Assembly: GCF_006345805.1 (NCBI RefSeq) | Contig: NC_042997.1 | Coordinates: 156,984,001-157,048,000, forward strand | Length of the DNA: 64,000 bases | DNA from: Octopus sinensis | Taxonomy: Eukaryota | Reading direction: 5' to 3' | Shown: positions 49,286 to 60,195 of the stretch, piece after piece | Layout of the letters: each line of letters opens with the position of its first letter | Position numbering within the stretch: the first letter of the stretch is position 1 | Notes under the pieces: generated by a model | What the model was told of the DNA's origin: nothing | The model's input: the letters and a program-made list of their open reading frames with translations, nothing else | Database searches by the model: none | Program-made: the position numbers and the translations under genes

Positions 49286-49287
<2 letters not shown>
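49115..49287. repeat. Perfect 75 bp inverted repeat with 23 bp spacer
   Basis: 49115-49189 is the exact reverse complement of 49213-49287. Confidence 0.92.
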
Positions 49288-49348
<61 letters not shown>

Positions 49349-49409
49349 ATAAAATAAAAAGAAAATGGAGAAATATTGATCAACAACAGCTGACAATCAT
49401 TTAAATTTT

Positions 49410-49745
49410 TTAATATATATGTACGTTGTATACCTGCGGGATCTTTCTGCATACATTCAAGCAATATGCATTGCAATTACAGAAACGCATTTCTCTGCAC
49501 ACATAAATGATGCAGAAATACACACACTAATGTATGCTGTATTCCATGCAGGCACGAGAGAAAGAAGTCACGGTGGGGTTGTATTGTAAATCCATGAAAT
49601 GTCACACCACTAATCCTGTTGTCACATTCAAACTCATACAACCTAGGAAAACCCTGCTGTACAAGAAAGAACCTTCTTGTATTAAATGAATGGCCACAGA
49701 CAGCTCCTTTTAACATGGTGATGTGGTTTTGAGAGTCTTTAAAAG
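49410..49745 (+). mobile_element. LINE apurinic-like endonuclease (EEP) fragment with stops
   Basis: ICIAITETHFSAHINDAEIHTLMYAVF...RSHGGVVL* fits the xTETxL...DxEI...Y...R.GGGV motif of LINE endonucleases. Confidence 0.7.
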
Positions 49746-50656
49746 TATGAACATCTGTTGTCATATAGGCCTATTTATTCTATGTACACTAGGTAGGAAA
49801 TTCTCCTTAACCAGCTTTGGCCTGAAACAGAATTGCTGCCTTAGCTGACTCTAGAAGTGTGAGCGTAAACTTGGTGAAAGGTGTGCCTGGAGATAAAGTA
49901 CAAGCAGTTTTTTGCTGTTCTATAACTTACCGTTTTCTTAAAATTTTGATCATAGTTATTATATACACAAATTTCTTTGTTTTTCTTTCATATTTCATTA
50001 TTTGACCAATCGTTTTTTGCAAGTTAGAAAAGGACACATTGGTCAATGCTGTCTTATATATACAGAGCATGCAATAATATACTTCTCTACTATAGGAACA
50101 AGGTCTGAAACTTTAACCCATAAAGTGCTGGGACTTGCAGCGGCTAACTGGCCTCCGTTCTGGTGGTATGTAAAAGGTACCATTCAAGCGTGATCATTAC
50201 CAGCATCGCCTTACTGGCACCTGTACCAGTGGCATGTGTAAAAGATTTGAGCGAGTTCATTGCCAGTACTGCCTGACTGGCCCCATGCCGGTGGCATGTA
50301 AAAGCGTTAGGAAGGGCATCCAGCTGTAGAAACTCTGCCAGATCAAGATTGAAGCCTGGTGCAGCCATCTGCTTCGCCAGCCCTCAGTCAAATCGTCCAA
50401 CCCATGCTAGCATGGAAAGCAAACGTTAAACGACGACGATGATGATGATGATGATGATAGCATGGACTGCTGAGCAAATTTTATGAAAATGAGACTACTA
50501 TGCACACATAAAAAACAGAAAATAGTTAAAATATCCTCTTAGTATATAATGGCAGCAAGTTTTGTATCAACTGAAAAGTCATTAGTTGGACTATTAGTCA
50601 TCTTGTCTTCTAGGGCGTATCGGAGCGTTTGAGTGACAAATTAAATGCATCTATCT

Positions 50657-50708
50657 GGGCCACGATCGTAGCCTGTCGAACTGTGTCTGACGGCAACGAT
50701 TGTGGCCC
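50657..50708 (+). ncRNA. Candidate pre-miRNA-like hairpin
   Basis: 21 bp stem (two G-U pairs, one A-A mismatch, one bulge) with a 9 nt loop containing UGUG, in apparently unique sequence. Confidence 0.3.
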
Positions 50709-52618
50709 GTTGCGCTTTATGTGTTAAGAGAACGAGCTAGTTGATTACCTCAATGCTCAAGTGGTACTTGGTAAAGGGATAAAAGGAAAAATCGACCTCG
50801 GCGAAATTTGAACTCAGAACACAAAGACGGAAGAAATAACCCATGTATTTTGTCCGCCACGTTAATGATTCTGCCAACTTGCTGCCTAGGCCATGTAATA
50901 ATATTGAGCCACCTGAATTGTTAGCACGCCGGGGCAAAATGCTCAGCAGCATTTCGTCAAATTCGTTATGTCAATAAAATGAGTTGAGCACTGCAGTCGA
51001 TATAATCTATATACCCCCTCTTGCCTCGTGCCAAAATTTGAAACCAATATAAAACATTACATAATAATGAAGGAAAACCTCTCGAAGAGGCGTGTTAGTT
51101 CCTGTTAGCATTTATAAGTGTGTGTGTAGTGGTCAAGAGGTTTGTTCTAGAATCCTGTAGTTCTAGGTTAGATCCTATAACGTGACACTTAAGTGTTTTC
51201 TATTCTAGTCTCAGCTTACACAATCTTTATGAATGCAACTTAAGCAAACGCAAATTTTGCGGAAACTCATTGGATATATTGGAATTGAGATTCATAGGCC
51301 CAGCTTTCCTACCTCCGCCGCCACTAACATCGAGATTTATTTTGAGAATTCTGGAAAAGTGCTTGCCTCGATATATTCTCAGATGACACAATAGCACTCA
51401 ACGGAGAAACTCCTATGTGGTCTTTCAACTTGCTAGAAATAGCTGTCAAATTTCACATAAATCCCATCCTCTCGTTTCATACACAAAACACTTAACAAAT
51501 AAGCAAAAGGATTCATTTGTGTATAACGTGAATCGTTCTCGATACACTGTGTTAGAAAAACAAACAAAAAAGATGGAATGGTCACGGCTGGAATGCTTTT
51601 GGTCAAAGGGTATGCGAAGGAATACTGAAAAGGGTTAACATGGGATTTAACAACAACGGGAAAACATAACAGGTGCCTATGTGTATGTGGTTGTACCTAA
51701 GCGTAAATGTAAGTTTTCATTTGTAGGTTTTATACCGAAGTTAAATAGCACGAAAGAAATAGTGTGAATAAAGTAGAATGAATAAAATAATGGTAAACAA
51801 AAACATACTTTTCTTGCGTGTTTCTCAGTTTGGTCTCAGACATTCATACATACTGGTAGAAAGAGGTTTTGGGTAAATTATTGAATTATGTTCAGAAGAT
51901 TTAGATCTTCTTTTGGTTCACAGTGAGAAATTAGTTAAAGAAATCGAAACTAGTATATTCTGCTAAACTGAAATTGAGTCACCGGGTCAAACTGCCTTAA
52001 CAACACGAAATTCACACCCACCAATCACAGTGACGATAAGTTTTGTTTTTATTGTTGAATTTAGTTTAATAGATTATTAGGATTTAGTTTTAATGCTTAA
52101 AGTATATAATTAAAATACCAATATATACTAAAAACAGATAAATTAAAGTAATACAAATAAATTTAAGGACCTTTAATGGAAAATACATTTCACTATAATG
52201 CCATTGTATTTTATTAGTAGGAACAGTATTTCCATAGACACCGTAATAAATCGTTGCCTCGGTTTCAAGCTTGTTGTCAACAGACGCGTTGAAGTCACAC
52301 AGCTGTTTTGTTTCATTGAGTGTCTCTCTTGAAATAAGGAAATATTATTGTGATATCATTGACATATTTGTCAAGCTAGAATGTAGGACTCATGTAGTCG
52401 ATGAACATGCTTGAAATAATAACCAAGTCTTCCTCAAAGTACACCCTGCTTTATTTACATTTAAAAATAGTGGCCGTGTGGTAAGAATTCTACTTGCCAA
52501 CCACATGGTTCCGGGTTCGGACACCTTGGGCAAGTGCTTTCTACTATATACCCGGGCCAGCCAGAGCCTTGTGAGTGAATTTGGTGGTATACAGAACTTA
52601 AAAGAAGATCATCGAATG

Positions 52619-52908
52619 GGTACTACTAGAGAACAGTAGTCCTGGTGTGCGCACTCGCGCATCCGCGCTAGCTAGTCGTAAGTAGTCGATCCTACAACGA
52701 CTTGCGCGTATGTTTGTATTTCAAGGCTGAATACATATCAAAGAAAATTAAATAATATTTTTCGAACAAAGTAAATAATTTTTTTAACTAAGTAAATAAA
52801 TTATTTTTATAAACAAACTAAGGTTAGGGTTAGGTTTAGGGTTAAACAGTCGTTGTAGGATCGACTACTTACAACTAGCGAGTGCGCGCACTGTTCGCTA
52901 GTAGTACC
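52619..52908. mobile_element. 290 bp foldback MITE with 9 bp TSD and TTAGGG-like tract, inserted in a SINE A remnant
   Basis: TIR GGTACTACTAG(A/C)GAACAGT plus inner IR CTAG(T)(C/T)GTAAGTAGTCGATCCTACAACGACT; CATCGAATG at 52610-52618 and 52909-52917; GGTTAGGGTTAGGTTTAGGGTT at 52822-52843. Confidence 0.88.
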
Positions 52909-53789
52909 CATCGAATGTGTATATAGGGTGAGGTGGGGGGGGGGATTAGTAACCCGGATAAAATTAGTAGATTCTGATTTCTCGTTATTCCCTCCCTACC
53001 TGTTTTATATGATTTTAATTGCAAGTAGTGCATCGTCCTTAGGACTAAAAATTGGTCAGCATAGTTGTTGAAGTTTTAGAGAGTACAAAACGTAGGTGAC
53101 AAGTACTTCTTTTTTAAAGAAATTTTTCCAATTGTAATCAAATATCTGTAATTAAATATTCTTTTCTTAGTTGGATTCCAAGTCATTTTTTCCCCGCACT
53201 AATGTCTAATTTGATAATTTTTTCAAGTTTCAAAAAAATGACGTCTAAAATGGGGTAAAATGAGTAATGACTAATTTCAATAATTTATTCTCTTTCACTG
53301 CATGGTGCGTAAATATATGGGGGAAGAGAGCCACTCCAGAAGATCGTGAAGAATCTATGGAGAATATTTTATGTTGAGTTTTTTTTTTATTTAGTCGCGT
53401 TTCGTTAATTTCTTATCATGTACAATTTTTCCATGATTCTCTTTCATGAGCTAGATATTTTAATTTGATTTTGCATTTCTGATCTTTCTGATGTTTGGAG
53501 AGGTATATCGATATATACAAGTCTGTTCTCAAGTGTAATTCTGGATATTTGAAAAAGCAAATTAATTTTATCTTGGCTTACTCATTTTGCCCCACCTAAA
53601 TTTGTCTTTTTGTATGCTGAAAGAGAACAACAATAATTTTCTGCAAGTACGATCAGGTCATAGTATAATGCTTGTGATGCATTTAGCGAAGTCATTTGCT
53701 CAGCTGATATAGTTTTTGTAAGGTTATGAACCTTTGTAAAAAAAAAATACATTGTCTCAAAGTATAGAAAGCAGCATAAACTCATCGTG

Positions 53790-54170
53790 CCCACCAAATT
53801 AAATAAAGACAGCTATGACTGGTCTGTGGGGTTACTCTGGGTTTCACGTCCATAAAGCGCTAAGCTTTATAGCGTTTCTTCGGACCCTAATGGCTGGTGA
53901 CCTATGACCTCTCTTCAAAGTGAAGGGAGAAAAGACCTAGTTACTTGTTGACTTTTCGGTTAAGCTCAAGGGATTGTCTCCCTTAGACCACTATCCGTGG
54001 TTTACGCTGTCGGCTTGTGGGTTCCAGTGTAAGCATGTCCGAAGTTTTCCGTCCTAGAATTTAAGATGTTCTCGAGGTCGAGCGAGTCCCTTAATATTCT
54101 CGCCCGTTCAGCTATGCACAGCTTGCTACTCTTGCTCCTGTTGATGTAGGGGCCCCGGTAAATCTTCGTA
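53790..54170 (-). mobile_element. Penelope-like element 3' end: GIY-YIG endonuclease C-terminus plus 3' UTR with hammerhead
   Basis: Frame 54170->54002 gives TKIYRGPYINRSKSSKLCIAERARILRDSLDLENILNSRTENFGHAYTGTHK*, similar to the PLE PYxNxSKxCxLCxxEKxxI...LNxRxE motif. Confidence 0.7.
53829..53887 (-). ncRNA. Type-I hammerhead motif with long stem II; core variant CCGAAGA
   Basis: GGGU-CCGAAGA-A-ACGC-UAUAAAG(CUUAGCG)CUUUAUG-GACGU-GAAA-CCCAGAGU-A|ACCC. Confidence 0.6.
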
Positions 54171-54429
54171 TATTGCTACTGTCGATGCTGTTTCTGTTGA
54201 TGTTGACACTGCTACTTCCGCTGTTGCTGGTGCTGGCTGTTGGGCTGTTGAGCGAACTGTCTTCGTCCCAGAGTTCGCAAGATGGGAGAAGTCCGAAACG
54301 TGGTCCTTTGCTATTCGTAAGACTCGCAGAAGAGAAAGCAGATCAACCCCCCCGACACCGAGAGCATCGACGGATGGATGAATGCGCATCCAGGCTCAGC
54401 GGTTGCGTAGGAAGTCGGGGACAAGAAAG

Positions 54430-54597
54430 TTGGAGCGAAAGAGTACAAGAGGGGTCGCCACCACCCCCTGTCGGAACCTCGTGGAGCTTTAGGTGTTTTC
54501 GCTCAATAAATTCACACAACGCCCGGTCTGGGAATCGAAACCGCAATCCTCCGACCGCAAGTCCGCTGCCTTAACCATTAGGCCATTGCGCCTCCAT
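54430..54597 (-). mobile_element. tRNA-derived SINE family D
   Basis: Reverse of the GGAGGCGCAATGGCC..TGGTTA.GGCAGCGGACT..CGGTC...GGTTTCGATTCCCAGACCGGGCG head. Confidence 0.8.
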
Positions 54598-54785
54598 TGC
54601 TGGTGCTGGTGTTGCTATTGGTGCTGTTGATGTTGGTACTGGTGTTGGTGTCGTTAATGCTGGTGTAGGGTCATCATCGGTGGTGGTGTTGATATAGTCA
54701 TCGTCGTTGCTGATGTCGCTGTTACGGCGCTATATTGGTGGCGGCTGCTGTTGTCGCTGTTATTGTTGTTATTATTAGCATTATC

Positions 54786-55150
54786 GTGGAGGCGCAATGG
54801 CCCAGTGGTTAGGGCAGCGGACTCGCGGTCATAGGATCGCGGTTTCGATTCCCAGACCGGGCGTTGTGAGTGTTTATTGAGCGAAAACACCTAAAGCTCC
54901 ACGAGGCTCCGGTGGTGATTCCTGCTGTACTCTTTCACCACAACTTTCTCTCACTCTTACTTCCTGTTTCTGTTGTACCTGTATTTCAAAGGGCCGGCCT
55001 TGTCACTCTCTGTGTCACGCTGAATATACCCGAGAACTACGTTAAGGGTACACGTGTCTGTGGAGTGCTTACACGTTAATTTCACGAGCAGGCTGTTCCG
55101 TTGATTCGGATCAACCGGAACCCTCATCGTCGTAACCGATGGAGTGCTTC
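54786..55150 (+). mobile_element. tRNA-derived SINE family D, near full length
   Basis: tRNA-like head with A and B boxes, followed by a non-tRNA body. Confidence 0.8.
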
Positions 55151-55356
55151 CATATCCCCATTAGCATTATCATTAGCGATGCTGCTATTTCTGTTAGAGT
55201 TGCTGCTGTTGTCATTAGTACTGTCATTCCTGCTACTGTAGTAGTAGTTGAGAAAGCTGCTGCTTTCTGCTTAACCATTTGTCCGAACGGTCAATAAGTA
55301 GATACGAGGGATTTCTGCCTTCACTATAAAAAGAGGTCATAGGCCACGTGCCGTTA

Positions 55357-55415
55357 GGATCTGAAGAAACGCTGTAAAGTTAACTGCTTTATGGGCGTGA
55401 AACTCAGGGTAACTT
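55357..55415 (+). ncRNA. Type-I hammerhead motif, homologue of 53829-53887; canonical CUGAAGA core, weakened stem I
   Basis: CUGAAGA-A-ACGC-UGUAAAG(UUAACUG)CUUUAUG-G-GCGU-GAAA-CUCAGGGU-A; ~170 bp of flanking homology (55268-55435) to the minus-strand PLE 3' UTR. Confidence 0.55.
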
Positions 55416-55784
55416 GCATAGACCGTCCATCGCTATCTTCAATTACTCTACTGCTCTATAACTTAGAATGTGCTTCTCTTTTGGATTTAGGATTTTGGGT
55501 AATTCCTTATCAGCGCTTTCATCCCATTCATCGAGCGTCCTCAGTTATGAGCAGTATTACTTTGTTTATCTACGCAAAATTTAGCAGTTTGGCAACAGAC
55601 ACAATAGAATAGGTACCAGACTTTAAAAAACAAGTGTTGGAATTAATTTGTTCAACTGAAACCCTTCAAGGAGATGTTCCAACATGGCCACAGTCTAATG
55701 ACTAAAACAAGTAAATGATAAAAAATATGATAAATAATAATTTGAATGGCACAACAATGCACTAAAAATAATAACAATGCTTGC

Positions 55785-56392
55785 ATCAGCCAGCAAGCCA
55801 ATTGCAGGACCAGCCAGGTATCCAAAACCGGGCCAGCCAGCCAGCCAAGGCCAGGTCAGCCAGCAAGCCAAGTCCAGGACCAGCCAGGTATCCAAAACCG
55901 GGCCAGCCAACCAGCCAAGCCAGGTCAGCCATGAAGCCAATGGCAGGACCAACCAGGTATCCAAAACCGGGCCAGCCAACCAAGGCCATGCCAGCCAGCA
56001 AGCCAGGACCAGGGCCAGCCAGGTATCCAAACCGGGCCAGCCAACCAGCCAAGGCCAGCCAGCAAGCCAAGTCCAGGACCAGCCAGGTATCCAAAACCGG
56101 GCCAGCCAACCAGCCAAGGCCAGGTCAGCCAGCAAGCCAATTGCAGGACCAGCCAGGTATCCAAAACCGGGCCAGCCAACCAGCCAAGCCAGGTCAGCCA
56201 TGAAGCCAATGGCAGGACCAGCCAGGTATCCAAAACTGGGCCAGCCAACCAGCCAAGGCCTAGGCCATTTTCCAGTCAGCAAGCCAAGTCCAGGAGCAGC
56301 AAGGTATCCAAAACCGGGCCAGCCAGCCAGCCCAGGCCAGTTTCCAGCCAGCCAGCCAAGACCAGGCCAGCCAACCAACCAGCCAGCCAAGT
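55785..56392. repeat. Strand-asymmetric CCAG-rich minisatellite, ~64-78 bp period, 8-9 units
   Basis: GGTATCCAAA anchor at 55817, 55887, 55956, 56022, 56086, 56156, 56225 and 56303. Confidence 0.92.
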
Positions 56393-56395
56393 TCA

Positions 56396-57565
56396 ATCAA
56401 CTGAACTATTTGCAGAGCAGCTTTTGAAATTCGGTGAAGGGAGTATTGTAATTCATCAAGAGCAGTTTCTTACACTCAATACAATATATAATTCAGCTGA
56501 TGTGGTTGCTGAAATCTTTCCGAATCTTCTTCATAATTACAACAATACAAACTGGATCTGTGAGTGAGCTATCCTGGCTCCAAAAAAATGTTGCTGTAAA
56601 TAGAATTAATATGCTATTGAATAAACTTTGAGGAGAAGTATTCACTTATAACTCAATTGTCAGTGTTGTTGATGATCAGGATAGAGTTAACTACCCCATC
56701 GAATTTTTGAACTCACTAGAGCCACCGGGTACAGCTCCTCTTTGTCTTTAGCTGAAAAAAGGGACTCCTATTATGCTATTGCGTAATTTGTCTCAACCAA
56801 AATTACGCAGTGATACGAGACTAATTGTGCACGGACTTATGAGGAACTGCATTCTCTTCACTCTTTTACTCTTTTACTTGTTTCAGTCATTTGACTGCGG
56901 CCATGCTGGAGCACCGCCTTTAGTCGAGCAAATCGACCCCAGGACTTATTCTTTGTAAGCCTAGTACTTATTCTATCGGTCTCTTTTGCCGAACCGCTAA
57001 GTGACGGGGACGTAGACACACCAGCATTGGTTGTCAAGCGATGCTGGGGGCTGGGGGTGGAGGACAAACACAGACACACAAACACACAAACACATACACA
57101 CACATACATATAAATATATACATATATACGACGGGCTTCTTTCAGTTTCCGTCTACAAGGGTTTGGTCGGCCCGAGGCTATAGTAGAAGACACTTGCCCA
57201 AGGTGCCATGCAGTGGAACTGAACCCGGAACCATGTGGTTCGTAAGCAAGCTACTTACCACACAGTAAATATTCTCACTGGCTGCGGTAAATTTGAGACA
57301 GTCTTCATTCCTCGCATACCAGTTATACAATCTAATGTCCCATTCCAATTTAAACGGTTATAGTTTTCTATCCGAGTTTCTTTTGCCATGAGCATTAATA
57401 AAAGTTAGGGCCAAACATTAAAAGATGCTGGATTACAACTTGAAGAACCATGTTTTTCATATGACCAGCTTTATGTAGGTGCAGCACGTGTAGGAACAAA
57501 AGCAAATCTTTTTGCTTATGCACCCAAAATAAAACAAAAAATCATTGTTTATCAAGAAATATTTA
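56396..57565 (+). mobile_element. Helitron PIF1-family helicase C-terminal remnant (stops and frameshifts), interrupted by a SINE A at ~56860-57264
   Basis: FAEQLLKFGEG...AILAP..N..VNRIN...[13 protein letters not shown]...LKKGTPIMLLRNLSQPKL..TRLIV...FIPRIP...FQFKRL.F.IRVSFAMSINKS.GQTL...QLYVG..RVG are Helitron helicase motifs. Confidence 0.9.
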
Positions 57566-57838
57566 CTCTTAATGCAACATGAATACTTCAATAACTCAAT
57601 TTGCCATTACTTTCATTACATTCAAGAATGAATAAACTACCTATTTAAATGAAGTGTATTATATAATCGCCATTAGTGAATTGATAAATAAAAAACACAT
57701 ACAACTCACTTATTATTGTCATATAATAAACAAACAGAAGTTCGTGTATGGAACTGATCTTTTTCTACTTCAATTATTACGTTGTTTTGTTATAAAATAC
57801 ACACATATAGGAGGAGTAAATTATATACAGTAATACAA

Positions 57839-58068
57839 GGCGGCGAGCTGGCAGAAACGTTAGCACGCCAAGTGAAATGCGTAGCCGTATTTCGTCTACC
57901 GTTACGTTCTGAGTTCAAATTCCGCCGAGGTCGACTTTGCTTTTCATCCTTTCGGGGTCGATTAAATAAGTACCAGTTACGCACTGGGGTCGATATAATC
58001 GACTTAATCCCTTTGTCTGTCCTTGTTTGTCCCCTCTGTGTTTGGCCCCTTGTGGGTAGTAAAGAAAT
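57839..58068 (+). mobile_element. SINE family B, low divergence
   Basis: GGCGGCGAGCTGGCAGAA head, GAGTTCAAATTCC B-box, core GGTCGACTTTGC.TTTCATCCTTTCGGGGTCG, tail GTAGTAAAGAAATA. Confidence 0.88.
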
Positions 58069-58076
58069 ATATATAC

Positions 58077-58270
58077 AGTAATCCCTCTATTATCGCAGGT
58101 GTTACGTTCCAAAAGCCACCGCGATAGGTGAAAATTCGCGAAGTAGAAACAGTATTGTACTTAAATCCTTAAAAATGTTTTAGCCCGAAGGCCGCGGCCA
58201 TAAGACAACACCACAGAGGAATCATCGTAAACTCAAATAATAAACCGTGATAGGCGAACTGCGATTACTG
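58077..58270. mobile_element. pogo/Tigger-like MITE
   Basis: TA|CAGTAATCCCTC.ATTATCGC ... GATAGGCGAACTGCGATTACTG imperfect TIRs. Confidence 0.6.
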
Positions 58271-59799
58271 CATTTAATAATACTTTGAATGTGGTTCCCG
58301 AGAAAGAGTAAAAGTAATTACCCGAACAACGACAAGTATTACTGCTAGTATATATATATATATATGTATATATATATAATACATAATGGGACAAGAACGC
58401 AAAACTTCCGGACAACTAGGTGATACAAAAAGGGACAACAAAGCATCCAGATAGACGATATAAAGAAAACAAGGACGGGTCATTCGAAGCTTTCTATCTA
58501 CAGTCAAGAACCAGATTATCCTCGCAATTTCGGCTGATTATTCTTGAGATTGCTCCAATCTGGCCAGCCTCAAGGAAAAAACGTGAAGAAGACTATGATG
58601 TCAAATGACTCCTTCACTTGTTTAAGACGGTTAAGTGATGATCCTCAACTGATTTTGATTTCGTCGTGCGGTGGAAATTAATTAAAAAAAAAAAGATCAC
58701 TTGTACACTTCGCATGGAAACTTTCGGGCAATAAATATATAGAAAACAATTTGCTTACCTAGTTATGTTTAAGATATTTGAATAATAATAAAATCATAAA
58801 TAATTTGTTTTTCAAGTGACCTTAATATTATATTTTGAAGAAAACTGGCGTACTGGTTGAGGATCAACTGCGATAAAATGTGCTGTACATTTGGTTACTA
58901 GTCAAATGACACTGTGCAGCTTCCTTGTTGATTCGCATATTTGTTTCCTGGTTCACTGGCTTAGATTAAATTTCCCCAGTCAAAGTACAAGATAGACTCC
59001 CCGATTCTGGTTACTATCATATTTGATTTCATTATCAGAAAATGAAAGTGGGAATAACGCCACTATTGGGCAATGTCTAGCCTCGCCCATCGCTTTTATT
59101 TAACCCGAGGTTATGTCTGGATGGTCAAACATGTAATCAAATGTGTTCCAGTCATGATCATACCTATTTTTTTACTGCCCTCAAGGGGCTAAACACAGAG
59201 AGGACATACCATCGTTCCTTCAGACCTTTCGCTTACAAGACAACATTATTCAACGTGTCCTTATTTTTTTAAGATAGTTGGGTATGGTGACATGAGTTTC
59301 GTACCTATTTCTAATAAGTTAGGTGACGACACCGAAGTTCCCTTATGTTTTCGGTGTCAGTAAATAAAATATGCATCGGTCATTATTTGTCACTCAAAGC
59401 TACCGATAAAAAAATGTTGTCGCTTACAACAAATAAGTTTTGAAAAAAAATTACATAAATAAAAAGTAAAAAAAAAACAAACGGTGTGACAGTTAGTCAC
59501 TATGATTGCTTTGACACGATTAAGTAGTTTTACTTCCTGCCATTGAATTCTAACTTACAAACTAATACCATTTTCGGTTACTCCTCATCTCTCTCTCTCT
59601 TTCTTTTTCTCTCCCCCTCTCTCTGTCACACACACACACACACACACATACACACACACACACAGTATGTACGCACATACATGCATGCAGACGCATGTAA
59701 ATATAGGAATGCTACTTTGGCGGGCGGGTGTCTGTATACATACATAAAAGTTACGGTGTTATAGCTCAATTGATTAGGAAGAGAATTAAACTAGGCGAG

Positions 59800-60195
59800 A
59801 AGCAGTTTATTTTTTGTACAAGGATGAAATGCTATTGATGTCATCTTCCTTATGAGACACTCACAGGAAAAATAATGTGCCACAAGTAAATGTCTATCAG
59901 TAGACCTCGAGAAAGTCTTTGACAAGGTTCCACATTCTGTAATCTCATAGAGGCATATGAAATAACGCGTTTAAGAGCGACGAGTGAGAATTGCACAACC
60001 CCTGCACAGAGGCAGACAGCAAGGTCAGAGTTTAAAATGTTAATAATGAATATCGATTAATTTAGTGTCAAGGTAACCTCATTTGTCAGTCTCTTTTGTT
60101 CATTATAATTCCCCAAGCCATAACCAAGGAGTCTAAGACCGCCTGTTTTAGGAAACTCCTATATGCTGACGATTCAGTTCTTTTGGTCGAATCCG
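59800..60195 (+). mobile_element. RTE reverse transcriptase fragment
   Basis: VDLEKVFDKVPHSVI ... KLLYADDSVLL (YADD at ~60162-60173), with stops and frameshifts. Confidence 0.8.

Noticed and set aside
54126-54574. 87-133 aa ORFs in the GC-rich 54 kb region as a host gene
   Set aside because: Explained by a PLE 3' fragment, trinucleotide-rich filler and a SINE; no splice-consistent gene model.
54786-54860. Functional tRNA gene
   Set aside because: The tRNA-like head continues into a SINE body shared with other copies, and I could not close a proper acceptor stem. The same applies to the tRNA-like piece at ~800-845 and to family A/B heads.
55695-56427. Overlapping 107-233 aa ORFs on both strands
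   Set aside because: Low-complexity CCAG repeat lacking stop codons by composition.
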